A stretch of DNA of 64,000 nucleotides, taken from NCBI GenBank assembly GCA_051362555.1, contig CM120640.1, positions 61,234,788 to 61,298,787 of the forward strand, given 5' to 3'. The DNA comes from Lingula anatina (Eukaryota; Animalia; Brachiopoda). Numbering within the stretch: position 1 is the stretch's first letter; every line of letters begins with the position of its first letter. Below, piece by piece: positions 1 to 15,200 of the stretch. The notes under the pieces were generated by a model. It was not told the DNA's origin and did no database searches. It saw only the letters and a program-made list of their open reading frames with translations. The position numbers were made by a program, and so were the translations under genes.

Positions 1-247
1 GTAAGTGAAAATGTGTGCAGGGAGTATTGGTGCAGAGACCTTAAGATGCGGGGGAGTATCTGCGTAGGGATGTATTGATGCCAGAGGAATGTAACGGTGC
101 AGGGGAGTAATGGTGCGTGGACATATAGGGACGTATTGACAAGGATTTGATTGCCATAAAAAGCCCCTTTCACAATTTGAAACTTATTGTCCAATCTCAC
201 AGTGTCAAATTAACCTTATAAAGCTTTATCTTATAGTTTGCCTGCAG

Positions 248-3200
248 AAATTTGCATATTCAGTTCAAGTCAGTAGTTCTGCTTGTTCTGATATTGTCTG
301 GTGCTTTGACACAAGGAGGTCATTCAGTCAAATCAGTCAAAGTAATGGCTGAACAGGAAAAACACACCGAAGAAGGAAAAGAAAGCGAAACTGCAGATCT
401 TACAGGTAAACCTCCTCCTTGATAATTAATCAGGGTGCTAATACATTAAACTTTGTGCTACATAGGTAGATGAAGTCAATACTTGTGATACTAGTACTAC
501 TGGTATGTATGTAGAAATGAGAGTGGAAATAGTTTGGTGTTATAATATTTACAATCACGATTAACCTACATTCATATGTTTTTCATTAGAGGATTTGGGT
601 CAATGTCCCAGTTTGTTATCTCTCACACCTTACAATTGTGATCAACATAGTCAGGTTATCCTAAGAGACATGCCACTCTACCATTGAAATAAACCGGAAT
701 GTTAAGAAGAATGAATGTATGGATGTGCTGTATATCAAAAGGCACGTAGTTACTCAGTACTTTGATTCTTCTCAGTTTTTATATACAGACACTTAGAGTT
801 ACAATGTCTGTATATATTCTGACTGTTCTGTCTGTCCGTGTCGTTGCTCTTGCTGTCCGACACATGACCTTTGCCCCATAACTTCCAAACTGTCTTTTTT
901 GTTTTACTTTAAATTTACTGAGTGACTTTGTTTGGTAAAGAGGCAGGTTGCTTTCAAAAATCAGCATGATCAATTTACATTCGCGCTTGCATTATTCTGT
1001 TTTTATCCCACACATTAGGATTTTCAATGGCTTTTATAGCCCATAAAACTGAATCATTTGCTAGTTTTTCAATGCCCATGTTACCTGTAGTAAGAGTGTA
1101 AAAGGGTAAGGGTGATTTTGCTGTTTTAAAGCATTATGTAGTAGTGCATCAAAATTGGCCAAAACATTATTTTGTGCACTTTTTTTCCGCCTAATGTCTG
1201 TATGTTTGCCAGCTTTGCTGTCTAGTTTTTACTTATGTACCATTGTTTCAAAAATTTTATTAGAAAGTTGATAGTTATGTTGACTAAATATGTTTCATAG
1301 TTCATGTTATTTTCACATCACATTTCAGACACTAGTACAGAGGAAGAGGAGTATAAATTTCCAAAGAAACTTGAAGATTTTGAGTACACTTTTAATGATG
1401 GTAAGTCATGAGGACTTTCAGAGTCTTCTGAATGTTCTAATTTTTGTGTGAATGCTAACATAAGGAACCATTAATGTTTCATATCTAAGTAATCAATTTT
1501 TATAATAAAAAAGACATATAAGGTAGCAGTAATTTAAAACTAAAAATCATCATTGTACTTTGCCAAGACTTTCATGAGGACCTTATTTTGATGCATAAAC
1601 TTGATTGATGATGCGATGCCAGCAAGTGCCCATGTCAAGTCATTTGCTGGCAGTTTGCGGCCTGTCAAATACATTGCAAGATATGTACTACTAAAGTGTC
1701 AATCTTCATATTTTTATTTGCCCAACCAGAGCATTGCTCTAAGAGAATTAGTTACCACCAAAATGATTATATATTTATGTGGCAATTGTCTGGCGTAGTA
1801 TTTACATGTGGATTAATGGACTGGAGAACCGGACAGCTTATTGCACCTTAAAATAGTACAAGTGTTGTGTTGGCTTAGTGATGTCAGTTTACTTGATCTT
1901 AATTGCTCTTTTAGAAAAGAACATAGTTACAATAGATATTTTTTAAAATATCTTTAAAAAGTAGCACTTGAAAGTAAGTAGGATACTCTTTAGTCTGAAG
2001 TTTTAAAATTTTGTTTTGTTTTTTATATCGGTCCTTCTATCAAATTTCAGAGGGTTATCTAGAGCACATAGAAACTAAGGAATCATTTATATTTAAAGTA
2101 AGGGATGATCATTTTTTCAACCAGAGGAGGTATGAAGCACTGGGAGAGGTGTGTATGTTTTGATCATAAATAAATTAGTTTATAAAAAAAATGGATAATA
2201 TTGCAAAAAAAAATTATGGTCTCTTGAGCATGGCTTAGTGAAATAGATCATATTCAGGGCTGTTTTTCAATCACACATTGGTGGCATTTCTTAAAACCAT
2301 AAATATTTTTAACCAATTTTTAAATGATTAAGGTGGTTTCATACTTAATAAATGCCTACATTTTGCTAATGACTTTTTCTAATTTTAGATACTAATCTTA
2401 ATATTAGTGCCAAATTAATAAACAATTTTAAAGTAAATTTAACTTTCTTTTTTGTTGTTATATCCATTACCCCATGTGTTTCTGCACAAAGGGGGGATAT
2501 CCTCAGTTTATCTGCTTTGAATATCAAATGTAATAATGTGAAATAGTTATTGGATTTTGACGTAACTTGATCTGTGTAAGTAGTGTTAATTGATATTCAA
2601 AGGCAAAAATATTAAGTCTAATACTGGACACTCATGTAGATCTGCTAGATGTTTTGCAGAGAATTAGACATTTTTAGGGAACTTTCACTACAGGTGAAAT
2701 TACTAGTGGTATTACTAGTGGTAATCACATGACAGGCGGCATGGAATTGGTGCCAGGGCCTGGTTCACATATGGTGTAGCTGGAAACACAGATCCCCAGC
2801 TCCAGTTCAGTATTGGTATGATCCGTATCTTTATCCCTTCATGGATGGCTTCCTTGACACCTCTCCGGAAACAGTCCTCTTCTTTGTCCAACACTATCAC
2901 ATCCTACAAGTCACAGGAGTGACCAGATAGCTTACTAGTAAGATTAATTGTAGTATTGCTGAACCATATGTGTCTCCACAGCTGGGGACATCTGTGTTGG
3001 CTCATCTTGCTCTTGAGGAACTGTTTAGTTTCACCCACACAATTCAGTGCACTTGTCATCTTTACAGCATATACCATAGACAACATTGGATTTCTGTTCC
3101 TTTGGAAGGGGGTCCTTAACATGCTCCAGTTGGCTCCTCAACATATGGTAGGTTTTAAAATAAACGGCCACATCAAACTATCCAAGTGTGGCCTTAGGCA

Positions 3201-6200
3201 CTGCTTCCATCATTGTTATCATTTATATATGTCCCTTTTATAGCTTTGCTGCCTCATTTCAGGTTATCACAGAATATGTTTATAACCTCTTAGAAAAAGC
3301 TGGGCTGGAAAAGGTGTATGTACCAGTAAGTTCACATTTTTCATTGTGATGAACTTTTGTCCTTAAAAGGCAAGTTAATGGAACGTGGAGAAGTCTTTCT
3401 GAGTGAGTGGAATTCTGATCAAATAAGCAACGACTTTTTAAAGAAAGTAGTGTGCAGTCTACATTATCAGGCTAGACTGAAATTTTTGCAGCTAGAGTGA
3501 AATTTTTGCCACAGTGGATACAGTGTGGCATTTTAGCACACTTTTCTTGTGGTTGACATGGCATTGTTACCTCATTCTGTGCTTGGACATAATAACGTTC
3601 ATAATTTTGTCCATGTTCATTGGAACCAGGAAACAATTAGTCCATCTCTTTTAGGTTGATGCTAAAGAGGAGGATGAGCCAAGAAGTTTCTTTTTCATGA
3701 GTAAGGATGCATTAACCAATCCTGATAAACTGCTCATTCTTATTCATGGAAGTGGGGTAGTAAGAGCTGGACAATGGGCAAGAAGGTAAGAAAAGGGTAA
3801 TGAGTCTGATTTATATGAATGTGTGGTTATTTCTAAATGTTTGTTTACTTAACATTAAACATGTGAATTGCTCCAATTTAAATTTTATTATGATTTTGTA
3901 AACAAGGTTCAGTTTGAAGGTCTGTATCTGGACTATATCACTTAGTCTTGGTGCTGCCACCTTATTTGGCCTCTGAAAGAAATCCAGTTGGAATATTTTA
4001 AGCCGTTCTCTATTTTAGGTTGATCATCAATGACTGCTTGAACAGTGGGACTCAGCTTCCGTTTATTAAGAAGGCAATGCAAGATGGACATGGCATTATT
4101 GTGCTCAACACCAACGAGAATACTGCAGTGTGGAAAGATGGAATTGAAACTATGATAAGGGTGATTTTCTTTTTTAATATTTACAAAAAATATAGTTCAT
4201 TAAATCGGTAAAGACACATCTATACTGTATTTATTCAAAATGAAGTTCAGTTATTCACAAAGAATAGAACTTTCATGTGGATATGTTTATTTTTATATTT
4301 TTGAAATGGTGTCAGTAAAATAAAACAGGTGACATTAAATGAAAACTGCTGATGTAAACAAAGCAATATTACAATTTTATTTAGGGTAATGATTCTCCAG
4401 AAATGCATGCGTTATATGTGTGGGACCATTTTGTAAGCAAAGCTGCTGCAAAACATATTGCCATCATTGCTCATAGTTATGGTGGGATTGTAACTGTATG
4501 CCTGGTAAGTTGTTGGATAATTTTTACCTACGTATACTTTTTTTATTGTTAAATGCATGGCTCATTCCATATCGGGTCATTTAAAATTATCTCTTAATTT
4601 TAAAATTTTGTACATTTTTTTTAGTATTTCTATCCTTTCTGCTTTTGACAGTTTCCAGCTTTGTAATTTCATGAAATGGTAGCATCATTTATGTTTTTTA
4701 CAAACATTTTGAATGAGTGTAAATGAGCTTGTCTCGAAATCTTACTTTAAACAATGATGTATACAAGAAGTCAGCAGGTTAATATTGATGTATAGTTTTT
4801 CTTAATTAAATATCTGTAATGTTTGTATGAAAGGGAATTTCAGAATAAATGAGATTTACTAATAGGAATAGTTTTAAAGTTTAAAATACTTTTTTTTATA
4901 ATAGACCAAAGAAAAAGAAGAGGAAGTGTTGCAGCGAGTTTATGCCATTGCCTTTACAGACTCTGTTCATAGTCTTAAACACCAAGAAGCTTCTGAGAAA
5001 GTTGAAGAATTCTATATGCAGGTAATATACCGTATAGCTAAAAAAAAACACGACTATTGGTACGCGTATGATCGATAACTGATTTAATTCTCGTAAGATT
5101 ACCATCCGCCCCCTTCCTTATGAATAGGTATTACTTTATTAATACAATGCAACCGTCGTGTAGCCGCATGTTAGAAGACAATGTTTGATTACGCACAGCA
5201 GTAGGAGGCCGCTACCCCTTCCCAGCAAGGAGTCAACACAGCAGCGCGTAACCCGGGGTTAATTAGGGGTTATTAGCTGTCCACTTATGATCGGTATTGT
5301 TCGTCTTGATTGCAGCACACTTCCTACTCACTATTGGTTCGACCGCCTCTTCTTTAAATGCTCTCTCAAACCTTTCCTCAGTCAGCCGAGAATGGAAACA
5401 CGTTTATCTGCCGATAAACTACGTCGTTGATGTATTATTCGGCATCATTCTACAGTGGCTCATAAGGCTCTATCTATCATTTTTTTCGTCTCGCATTTTA
5501 CCAGATTAAGCTGACGCTCGAAAACTAAATTTAATGAATAATTTTCTCACGTGCACCGTATCCAGCTAATTTTACGACAATAACTACCACGGCACCTCCG
5601 CCATTTGCAATTGTAGACGAACCACGTGTTTCCAACTGATAGGCCAATACAACTATACCAGACCCATTGTACGAGAAAAGACCGTTTATATTTAATGAAT
5701 TAAAAAACATTTGAGGATTGCGATTTTCTATTGATATACTATCGTTGGTATCCCTGTATTAAATCATCCACTGCTACCCCCTCTTTTGTAGTGTAGCATG
5801 ACTCGTATCACAAGATGGCCTTAGAAATGAAGTAAGACAGGCCTACACTCTGATAGTTTTTAGTCTATTATTAACCCTAATGTCGTTGCTTGTCATTCAT
5901 TCTAGAACTCTCTGAGCCATCGCAAAATTATTTGCCAGGACATTTAAAGGCTACTTCTTAACGGATTTTTTTTTATTTGCACTGAGTCCAAAGTGTTCGA
6001 GGACGTCTCTGTCGTTATCGCCGTTTCTCGGACGCAGTCCCAGACAAAGGATCGGAAAGTTTCTAAATAAAAGAACTTATAAATGCTGCCACTAGCCATC
6101 CTTATTGTTCCTAAGTACAGAGAGGCGATAATGATCTTTTCTTTCTTCTAGCTTAGTCTGTCGACTAAAATGAACAAGGTTAGGCCTACAATGCAACCAC

Positions 6201-9200
6201 CTATTATTACGACCATTAATGAGGTTCTTTGCTACACTCCCTTTCTATATGATCAGTGGGGTGCTGTGTTTTAAATATATAAAAAAGGGTCTCGCGAGGT
6301 GAAGCTATTATAATGAAATAAAAAAAATCCAATGAATAGGCCTATCTAATAAACCATGAAGCACGTAGTCTAGGCCTCTTCTTTGACCGACATCACATTT
6401 TTACATTCTTTGTTTTAATAAGAGGACGAACGTGGTCTAATTTGTCTTTTGGTGGTGTGTGATTTTGCTCGAAGTAGCGGAGTCAAGTAAATCGGTGATT
6501 TACCGTTGGTAAGAGTAGCGATCATCGCTCCTGCGTCCTCATAGATTACTTTCTAATCACCCGTAATTAACGCAGTCAGGAATAAGCGCTCAAATAGGGG
6601 TTTTTGTATCAGGGAAAATTTTAGTATTAATCTTATGTTATTATGTATCTGTATTATGTAATCATGTAACTCATTTTCCCAAGGCAACCACCAATTATGA
6701 CGACCATTAATGAAGTTCTCTGCTACACTCTCTCCTCATGATCACTTGCTCGATCGTGAAACCCTGGAGGTGTTGTAGGCCTATATATATTTGGGGTAGT
6801 TTACTATAGCATGCTACACTCTCCTCATGATCAGCTGCTCGATCGTGAAATCTGGAGTGAAACCCATGGTTTATCTAACAATGGTTTAAATAAATAAAAA
6901 GGGTGTCACGGAGGTGAAGCTGCTTAACTCATAAGAATAACGAACGAAAAAATACGATGAACATTTAATAAACCACGAAGCACGTATGTTTTGACCGTTA
7001 TCGCCTTTTTTACATAAGATGCCTCAACAAGAAGGCAGATGTAGTCCAATTTGTCTTTTGTTGGTGATTCTGCTTCAGGTGGCTGAGATTAGTTGATCGG
7101 TGATGCACCGTTGGTAAGAGTAGCAATCATCACTCCTGCGTTCTAACGGATTACTTTCCAACCCCCCATAATTAACGCAGCCAGGAATTAATTTTTGTAA
7201 TTATGTATCCGTAAAATTAGAATCGTAACATTATCACGTATTTTTCCTGATGGAAAATATCATAATTTATGCACACTGATCGAATTATAAAGAAAATCTC
7301 CAGATGTAAACAAAGGTCAGTCAAGTATCACTCATCCCAGGCTGCAGGGCAGATATAGAGAATTGAATGAAGCGCCAGTGATCTGGCAACCCTACAAATT
7401 TGTCATAATGATTCATGGGCAAACAATAGAAGCATGAAATTAACACCTTTTACAGTGTGAATGACGACACCTTATGAGGCTTTTGTTTCTTCCCCTGGGT
7501 TGGTATTACAAAGTAAGTATGTTGACGTAAGTGTGTTGACTTTTGCATGTTCAAAGGAACAATGGAAATGTCATTTCAAAACAAAGAGCCACATTTCCCT
7601 ACTTAGGTGGCCAAAATATTGTCAATGAAACGCAAAAAAGACAAAATCACCAGCTGTTACTGACTGAGTCTAACTCAAATGCAAAAAGGTACGCACAGCG
7701 ACAAAGCGCTATTGTAAACAATGACCCGACGATGAGATCAATAAGATGTATAAAATGACTATTTGTACTATAAAACTGTACCCCTGCCCCTACTTGTATA
7801 TTATTACACACACAAGGCCACCCTACACCAGAGTTACAGATTGATTTTTCATTACACAGTCTCTTGCACTGAAGAAAAATACTCATAATTAATTTGCGGC
7901 CCTAGTAGAGGGTCTTCTCTCGCTTTCTCTCAAATCAAAATAAACTAGCAAACATGAAAATTGGCAAAATGTATTAGAATGTAAAGTGTTGCGAACCCTT
8001 TAAACAAGGTGAATGGTAATATGCACGTTTAGACAAATTTTAATTTTAATTTCAATTAAATTTAATTTTAATTAAAATTGATATTACCAAAATTAGTAAA
8101 TGTCGTTTGCGTCATGTATCAATATTTTTGCGCATAATAGTACCTACGTTATAAACATTCAGCAAAGATATTTGGAAGGCCGCTCTTTTGTTGTTTATAT
8201 CAAAGGAAAACTATTTGATACCCATCGTATCAATCACTATACCATGATAAGAGATTAGCATACTAATTTATGTCCCCAGTAATAATAACTTTAACAATAA
8301 CAACAAACCTTCCTACTGTGCTTTCCGTTGCAAAAACGATTAGCCACGACTGTTTTATATATTAATAGATATTTATAATAATGACAATTTCAAAAATCTT
8401 CAGAAGTACCGATAGGGACACGAACTCCCGTCGGGTAGGTTGCAGACGACTCAACGACGTTAACCGTTGTTCCACCAATTCTATTATTCACGCGTGTAGA
8501 TATCGACAGCTCTGTATTGCCGCGCATGCCGAAGCTTTGCGGAAATTGCCGAAGGCTAGGAAAATTCTTCAAAATATACTTTTATTACATTTAATCAAAT
8601 CCAGACTATCTCCCACTGCCCTGAGGTATGGCTAAAGGCTTTCAGTTGTCATCAGACTTTGTAATTTGGGAGAAAAAAGTGAAACAGTAACTTCTGGTGA
8701 AGAATAATAGGTAATAGTGCTGCAAGGTGTTGTTTTTTATCCCTGATGTACGAGTAGCTTTTTCTACAGTTTCTATAATTCTCTTAACGTATGAAAATAT
8801 GCAGGTTTTCTGATATAATAAGACTTTGATAAAATCAAAACCAATAATACTTTAAAAGTCGATAGTCGGGATAAATATCGGCAAGGTGGAGATATGTCCC
8901 GCCGGCGCTTCCGCAACAGCAAGACTGAAGGACGCAAGTTACAAAGCAAAACATGTTTAGTCAAGTTAAAGACTTAATTACCGGTTTAACTTCGGCGGCA
9001 GTGCCTACTGCTGTGAGCAACATGCGCTGTCCATCGTAATCCCCCTATCATTAACACTGTCGGGGACGTGCGCATTAGCGCGTCTGATGTAGACAGCGTG
9101 TGCTATTAAAGTGACCGGGGACTTATTAGCTATAGTGTATGTGATAATGTGACTTCCATCATCTTTAGCTTTGCTTTGTGACTTAGAAACAGGAAGACAG

Positions 9201-12200
9201 TAAATTCTCCCCATGAGATCTGTGTGAAAAGTGATATTTGTTATACCTTATTTAAGAGTTGTTATAATTCCAGGATTTAGTCCTTTTTCTCATTGAGCAG
9301 CATACTTTAGCGACACAGTTGGTACTGATTCACCTTGAGAGATTGACGTACGAGACTCACCTAAATGGTGCCTTGAACTCAACATGGCCAATTTATCAAC
9401 TTCTGCCTAAACATAAGACGGCGATCTTGTGAAAGCAAATGAAAACAAGGCAGCAAAGCTGTCAAATGTACAGACAAAATAACAGAAAAAAGGATGCAAA
9501 AGAGGTCATTTTGCCAATTTTGATGCAATAATAAACAAGACCGTGGAACTTCAAAGTCACACTTTGAAAATGCCAATATGTGAAACCGTTTAACTGGCAG
9601 TAAGAATTACCAAACAGACTGCATTGCCTACTGAAGCTGTATTTTAGTCCCATGTTTCTTTCCTGTAAGTTTGAGAACAGTAAGTGACATGGTTTTTCTT
9701 AAATGGTCATCATGGGAGCAGTGCCCAAAATAGTTTTTTTTTTTAATTTTGATGCAATATTACATAATGTTTAACAGCATAATGACCATCAATTTTAATA
9801 ATAAAATATTAGTATCATGGGTATTCAGAAAATGTGACTAGCAAAGGTCTTCAGGCCCATGGAACTTCAAAGTCACAACTTGAAAATGCCAAAATGTAAA
9901 CAAAGACAGCACTGTTCTGAAAATTTTTTTTTTTTCATTTTTAACAATTTTTTAACATAAAACAAAATAAACAGTTTACTGCAATTTTTATATGATCAAC
10001 TAAGAAAATTGATGAGATGGGAAAAATATCAACAGAATAGTGTTAAATGTCCAATTTCCTCCATTCTGAGATTCTGAACATAGTTAATGATTGAATCTGA
10101 CAAACTGCAATGATATGAGTTTATTTCCATTTTTGACACTTTATTACACAATACACGATAACAAGTTTACCATCATTTTTACATAATCAACTTACAATGT
10201 TGTAAAGATGCAGGAAATGTCAAACAAACACTTTTATGTATCTTATTAGTAAAACAATAAGACTGTTAACATGCCTAAGAATTTAATCTGAGGAAATGTG
10301 AAAAAACAGCATAACTTCTAAAATAATGGCCCAATTATGCTGATTTTCGAACTCAACATGCGTTTTAGTAAGATTGACCACTCCTGTGAGTTTAATGACA
10401 ATTGGCCTATCTGTTTTTCTTATATTGTGTTTACAGTGTTGCATATATGCTGAAAAATGAAAAAACAGCATAACTACTAAAATAGTGGCCCGATCATGCT
10501 GATTTTTGAACTTGACCTGCGTTTTAGTAAGATAGATTACTCCTGTGAGTTTCATGACAACAGGCCTATCGGTTTTCCTTGGAATGTGTTTACAGTGTTG
10601 CATATATGCTGAAAAGTGAAAAAAAAAAGCATAACTTCTACAATAATGGCCCGATCTGACGATCATGCTGATTTTCGAACTTGACCTGCGTTTTATGAAT
10701 ATTCATCAGCTCTGTAAATATAAAGCCCAAAAGTAAAACTGCCTTCCACTTATCGTGTTTACAATGAAAGTGCATGGCACCGGCGACGCCGATGACGGCG
10801 ACGACAGACGCAGGTGATGGCAATATGTACAGACACATCTATATATATATTTACTGTACTGTTTGAGAACAGTAAGTGACATGGTTTTTCTTAAATGGTC
10901 ATCATGGGAGCAGTGCCCAAAATAGTTTTTTTTTCAAATTTTGATGCAATATTACATAATGTTTAACAGCATAATGACCATCAATTTTTAATAATAAAAT
11001 ATTAGTATCATGGATATTCAGAAAATGTGACTAGCAAAGGTCTTCAGGCCCATGGAACCTCTAAGTCACAACTTGAAAATGCCAAAATGTAAACAAGACA
11101 GCACTGTTCTGAAATGTTTTTTTTTTCCATTTTTAACAATTTTTAACATAAAACAAAATTAACAGTTTACTGCCATTTTTATATGATCAACTAAGAAAAT
11201 TGATGAGATGGGAAAAATATCAATAAAGCAGTGTTAAATGTCCAATTTCTTCCATTCTGAGATTCTGAACATAGTGAATGATTGAATCTGACAAACTGCA
11301 ATGATATGAGTTTATTTCCATTTTTGACACTTTATTACACAATACACGATAACAAGTTTACCATCATTTTTACAAAATCAACTAACAATGTTGTAAAGAT
11401 GCAGGAAATGTCAAACAAAAACTTTTACGTATCTTATTAGTTTAATAATGAGACTGTTAACATGCCTACGAATTGAATCTGAGGAAATGTGAAAAATATG
11501 CTGAAAAGTGAAAAAACAGCATAACTTCTACAATAATGGCCCGATCATGCTGATTTTCGAACTTGACCTGCGTTTTATGAATATTCATCAGCTCTGTAAA
11601 TATAAAGCCAAAAAGTAAAACTGCCTTCCACTTATCGTGTTTACGAGGAAAGTGCACGGCGACGGCATCGGCATCGCCATCGGCATCGGCATCGGCGACG
11701 ACAGACGCAGGTGATGGCAATATGTACAGACACATCTGTGTCTGTACATAAAAATTTGTCACACAATTACATGTATGTGTTAGGGTCTCCTATAAAATAC
11801 CAGTACAGACTTTCTCACTTAAGAATGTCCCTCAGTGTGAAAGAGGTTTAATGGTATCCTAATTAAATGATGCTACAAATGAGCCTCATTGTTTTTGTTC
11901 ATATTTAATGGAAAGTACAGTTCAAACAACTTTGGTTTTGAGGCACATATTTAAAAGTGCACCAAAGTGACCAAGTCTGTGAATACAATTGAACTTGCTC
12001 TATATTTAACCATGTAACATTTTCCTTTTTATGTACAGACACAGATGTGTCTGTACATATTGCCATCGCCTGCGTCTGTCGTCGCCGTCGCCGATGCCGA
12101 TGCCGATGCCGTCGCCGTGCACTTTCCTTGTAAACACGATAAGTGGAGGGCAGTTTTACTTTTTGGCTTTATATTTACAGAGCTGATGAATATTCATAAA

Positions 12201-15200
12201 ACGCAGGTCAAGTTCGAAAATCAGCATGATCGGGCCATTATTGTAGAAGTTATGCTGTTTTTTCACTTTTCAGCATATATGCAACACTGTAAACACAATA
12301 TAAGAAAAACAGATAAGCCAATTGTCATTAAACTCACAGGAGTGGTCAATCTTACTAAAACGCAGGTTGAATTCGAAAATCAGCATAATTGGGCCATTAT
12401 TTTAGAAGTTATGCTGTTTTTTTCACATTTCCTCAGATTCAATTCTTAGGCATGTTAACAGTCTTATTATTTTACTAATAAGATACATTAAAGTGTTTGT
12501 TTGACATTTCCTGCATCTTTACAACATTGTTAGTTGATTATGTAAAAATGATGGTAAACTTGTTATCGTGTATTGTGTAATAAAGTGTCAAAAATGGAAA
12601 TAAACTCATATCATTGCAGTTTGTCAGATTCAATCATTCACTATGTTCAGAATCTCAGAATGGAGGAAATTGGACATTTAACACTATTCTATTGATATTT
12701 TTCCCATCTCATCAATTTTCTTAGTTGATCATATAAGAATTGCAGTAAACTGTTTATTTTGTTTTATGTTAAAAAAAGTGTTAAAAATGGAAATAAACTC
12801 ATGTCAGAACAGTGCTGTCTTGTTTCACATTTCCTCAGATTCAATTCTTAGGCATGTTAACAGTCTCATTATTTAACTAATAAGACATGTAAAAGTGTTT
12901 GGTTGACATTTCCTGCATTTTTACAACATTATTAGTTGATTACGTAAAAATGATAGTAAACTTGTTATCGTGTATTGTGTAATATAGTGTCAAAAATGGA
13001 AATAAACTCATATCATTGCAGTTTGTCAGGTTCAATTATTCACTATGTTCAGAATCTCAGATAGGAGGAAATTGGACATTTAACACTGTTTTTTTGATAA
13101 TTTTGCCATCTCATCAATTTTCTTAGTTGATCATATAAAAATTGCAGTAAACTGATTATTTTGTTTAAAAAGTGTTAAAAATGGAAATAAACCCATGTCA
13201 GAACAGTGCTGTCTTTGTTTACATTTTGGCATTTTCAAGTTGTGACTTTGAAGTACCATGGGCCTGAAGACCTTTGCTAGTCACATTTTCTGAATATCCA
13301 TGATACTAATATTTTATTATTAAAAATTGATGGTCATTATGCTGTTAAACATTATGTAATATTGCATCAAAATCTGAAAAAAATCTATTTTGGGCACTGC
13401 TCCCATGATGACCATTTAAGAAAAACCATGTCACTTACTGTTCTCAAACAGTACAGTAAATAAGTACAGATGTGTCTGTACATATTGCCATCACTTGCGT
13501 CTGTCGTCGCCGTCACTGTCGCTGGCGCTGGCGCCGTGCACTTTCATTGTAAACACAATAAGTGGAAGGCAGTTTTACTTTTTGGCTGTATACTTACAGA
13601 GCTGATGAATATTCATATAATGCAGGTCAAGTTCGAAAATCAGCATGATCGGGCCATTATTGTAGAAGTTATGCTGTTTTTTCAGTTTTCAGCATATATG
13701 CAACACTGTAAACACATTTCAAGGAAAACCGATAGGCCTGTTGTCATGAAACTCACAGGTGTAATCGATCTTACTATAACACAGGTCAAGTTCGAAAATT
13801 GGCATGATCAGGCCACTATTTTAGTAGTTATGCTGTTTTTTCATTTTTCAGCATATATATGCAACACTGTAAACACAATATACGAAAAACAGATAGGCCA
13901 ATTGTCATTAAACTCACAGGAGTGGTCATTCCTGCTAAAACGCAGGTTGAGTTAAAAAATCAGCATAATCGGGGCATTATTTTAGAAGTTATGCTGTTTT
14001 TTCACATTTCCTCAGATTCAACTCTTAGGCACGTTAACAGTCTCATTATTGAACTAATAAGATACGTAAAAGTGTTTGTTTGACATTTCCTGCATCTTTA
14101 CAACATTGTTAGTTGATTTTGTAAAAATGATGGTAAACTTGTTATTGTGTATTGTGTAATAAAGTGTCAAAAATGGAAATAAACTCATATCATTGCAGTT
14201 TGTCAGATTCAATCATTCATTATGTTCAGAATCTCAGAATGGAAGAAATTGGACATTTAACACTATTCTATTGATATTTTCCCCATCTCATCAATTTTCT
14301 TAGTTGATCATATAAGAATTGCAGTAAACTGTTTATTTTGTTTTATGTTAAAAAAAGTGTTAAAAATGGAAATAAACCCATGTCAGAACAGTGCTGTCTT
14401 GTTTCACATTTCCTCAGATTCAATTCTTAGGCATATTAACAGTCTCATTATTTAACTAATAAGACATGTAAAAGTGTTTGGTTGACATTTCCTGCATCTT
14501 TACAACATTGTTAGTTGATTATATAAAAATGATAGTAAACTTGTTATTGTATATTGTGTAATAAAGTTTCAAAAATGGAAATAAACTCATACCATTGCAG
14601 TTTGTCAGATTCAATTATTCACTATGTTCAGAATCTGAGAATGGAGGAAATTGGACATTTAACACTGTTGTATTGATATTTTTCCCATCTCATCAATTTT
14701 CTTAGTTGATCGAATAAAAATGGCAGTAACCTGTTAATTTTGTTTTATGTTAAAAAAATTGTTAAAAATTAAAAAAAAAAAACATTTCAGAACAGTGCTG
14801 TCTTGTTTACATTTTGGCATTTTCAAGTTGTGACTTTGAAGTTCCTTGGGCCTGAAGACCTTTGCTAGTCATATTTTCTGAATATCCATGATACTAATAT
14901 TTTATTATTAAAAATTGATGGTCATTATGCTGTTAAACATTATGTTATATTGCATCAAAATTTGAAAAAAAACTATTTTGGGCACTGCTCCCATGATGAC
15001 CATTTAAGGAAAACCATGTCACTGACTGTTTTCAAACAGTACAGTAAATATGTACAGATGTGTCTGTACATATTGCCATCACCTGCGTCTGTCGTCGCCG
15101 TCGTCGCCGACGCCGGCGCCGGAGCCATGCACTTTCATTGTAAACACGATAAGTGGAAGTCAGTTTTACTTTTTGGCTGTATATTTACAGAGCTGATGAA

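Noticed and set aside
14-135. Degenerate GCAGGG(G)AGTA repeats
   Set aside because: Too short and diverged to classify.
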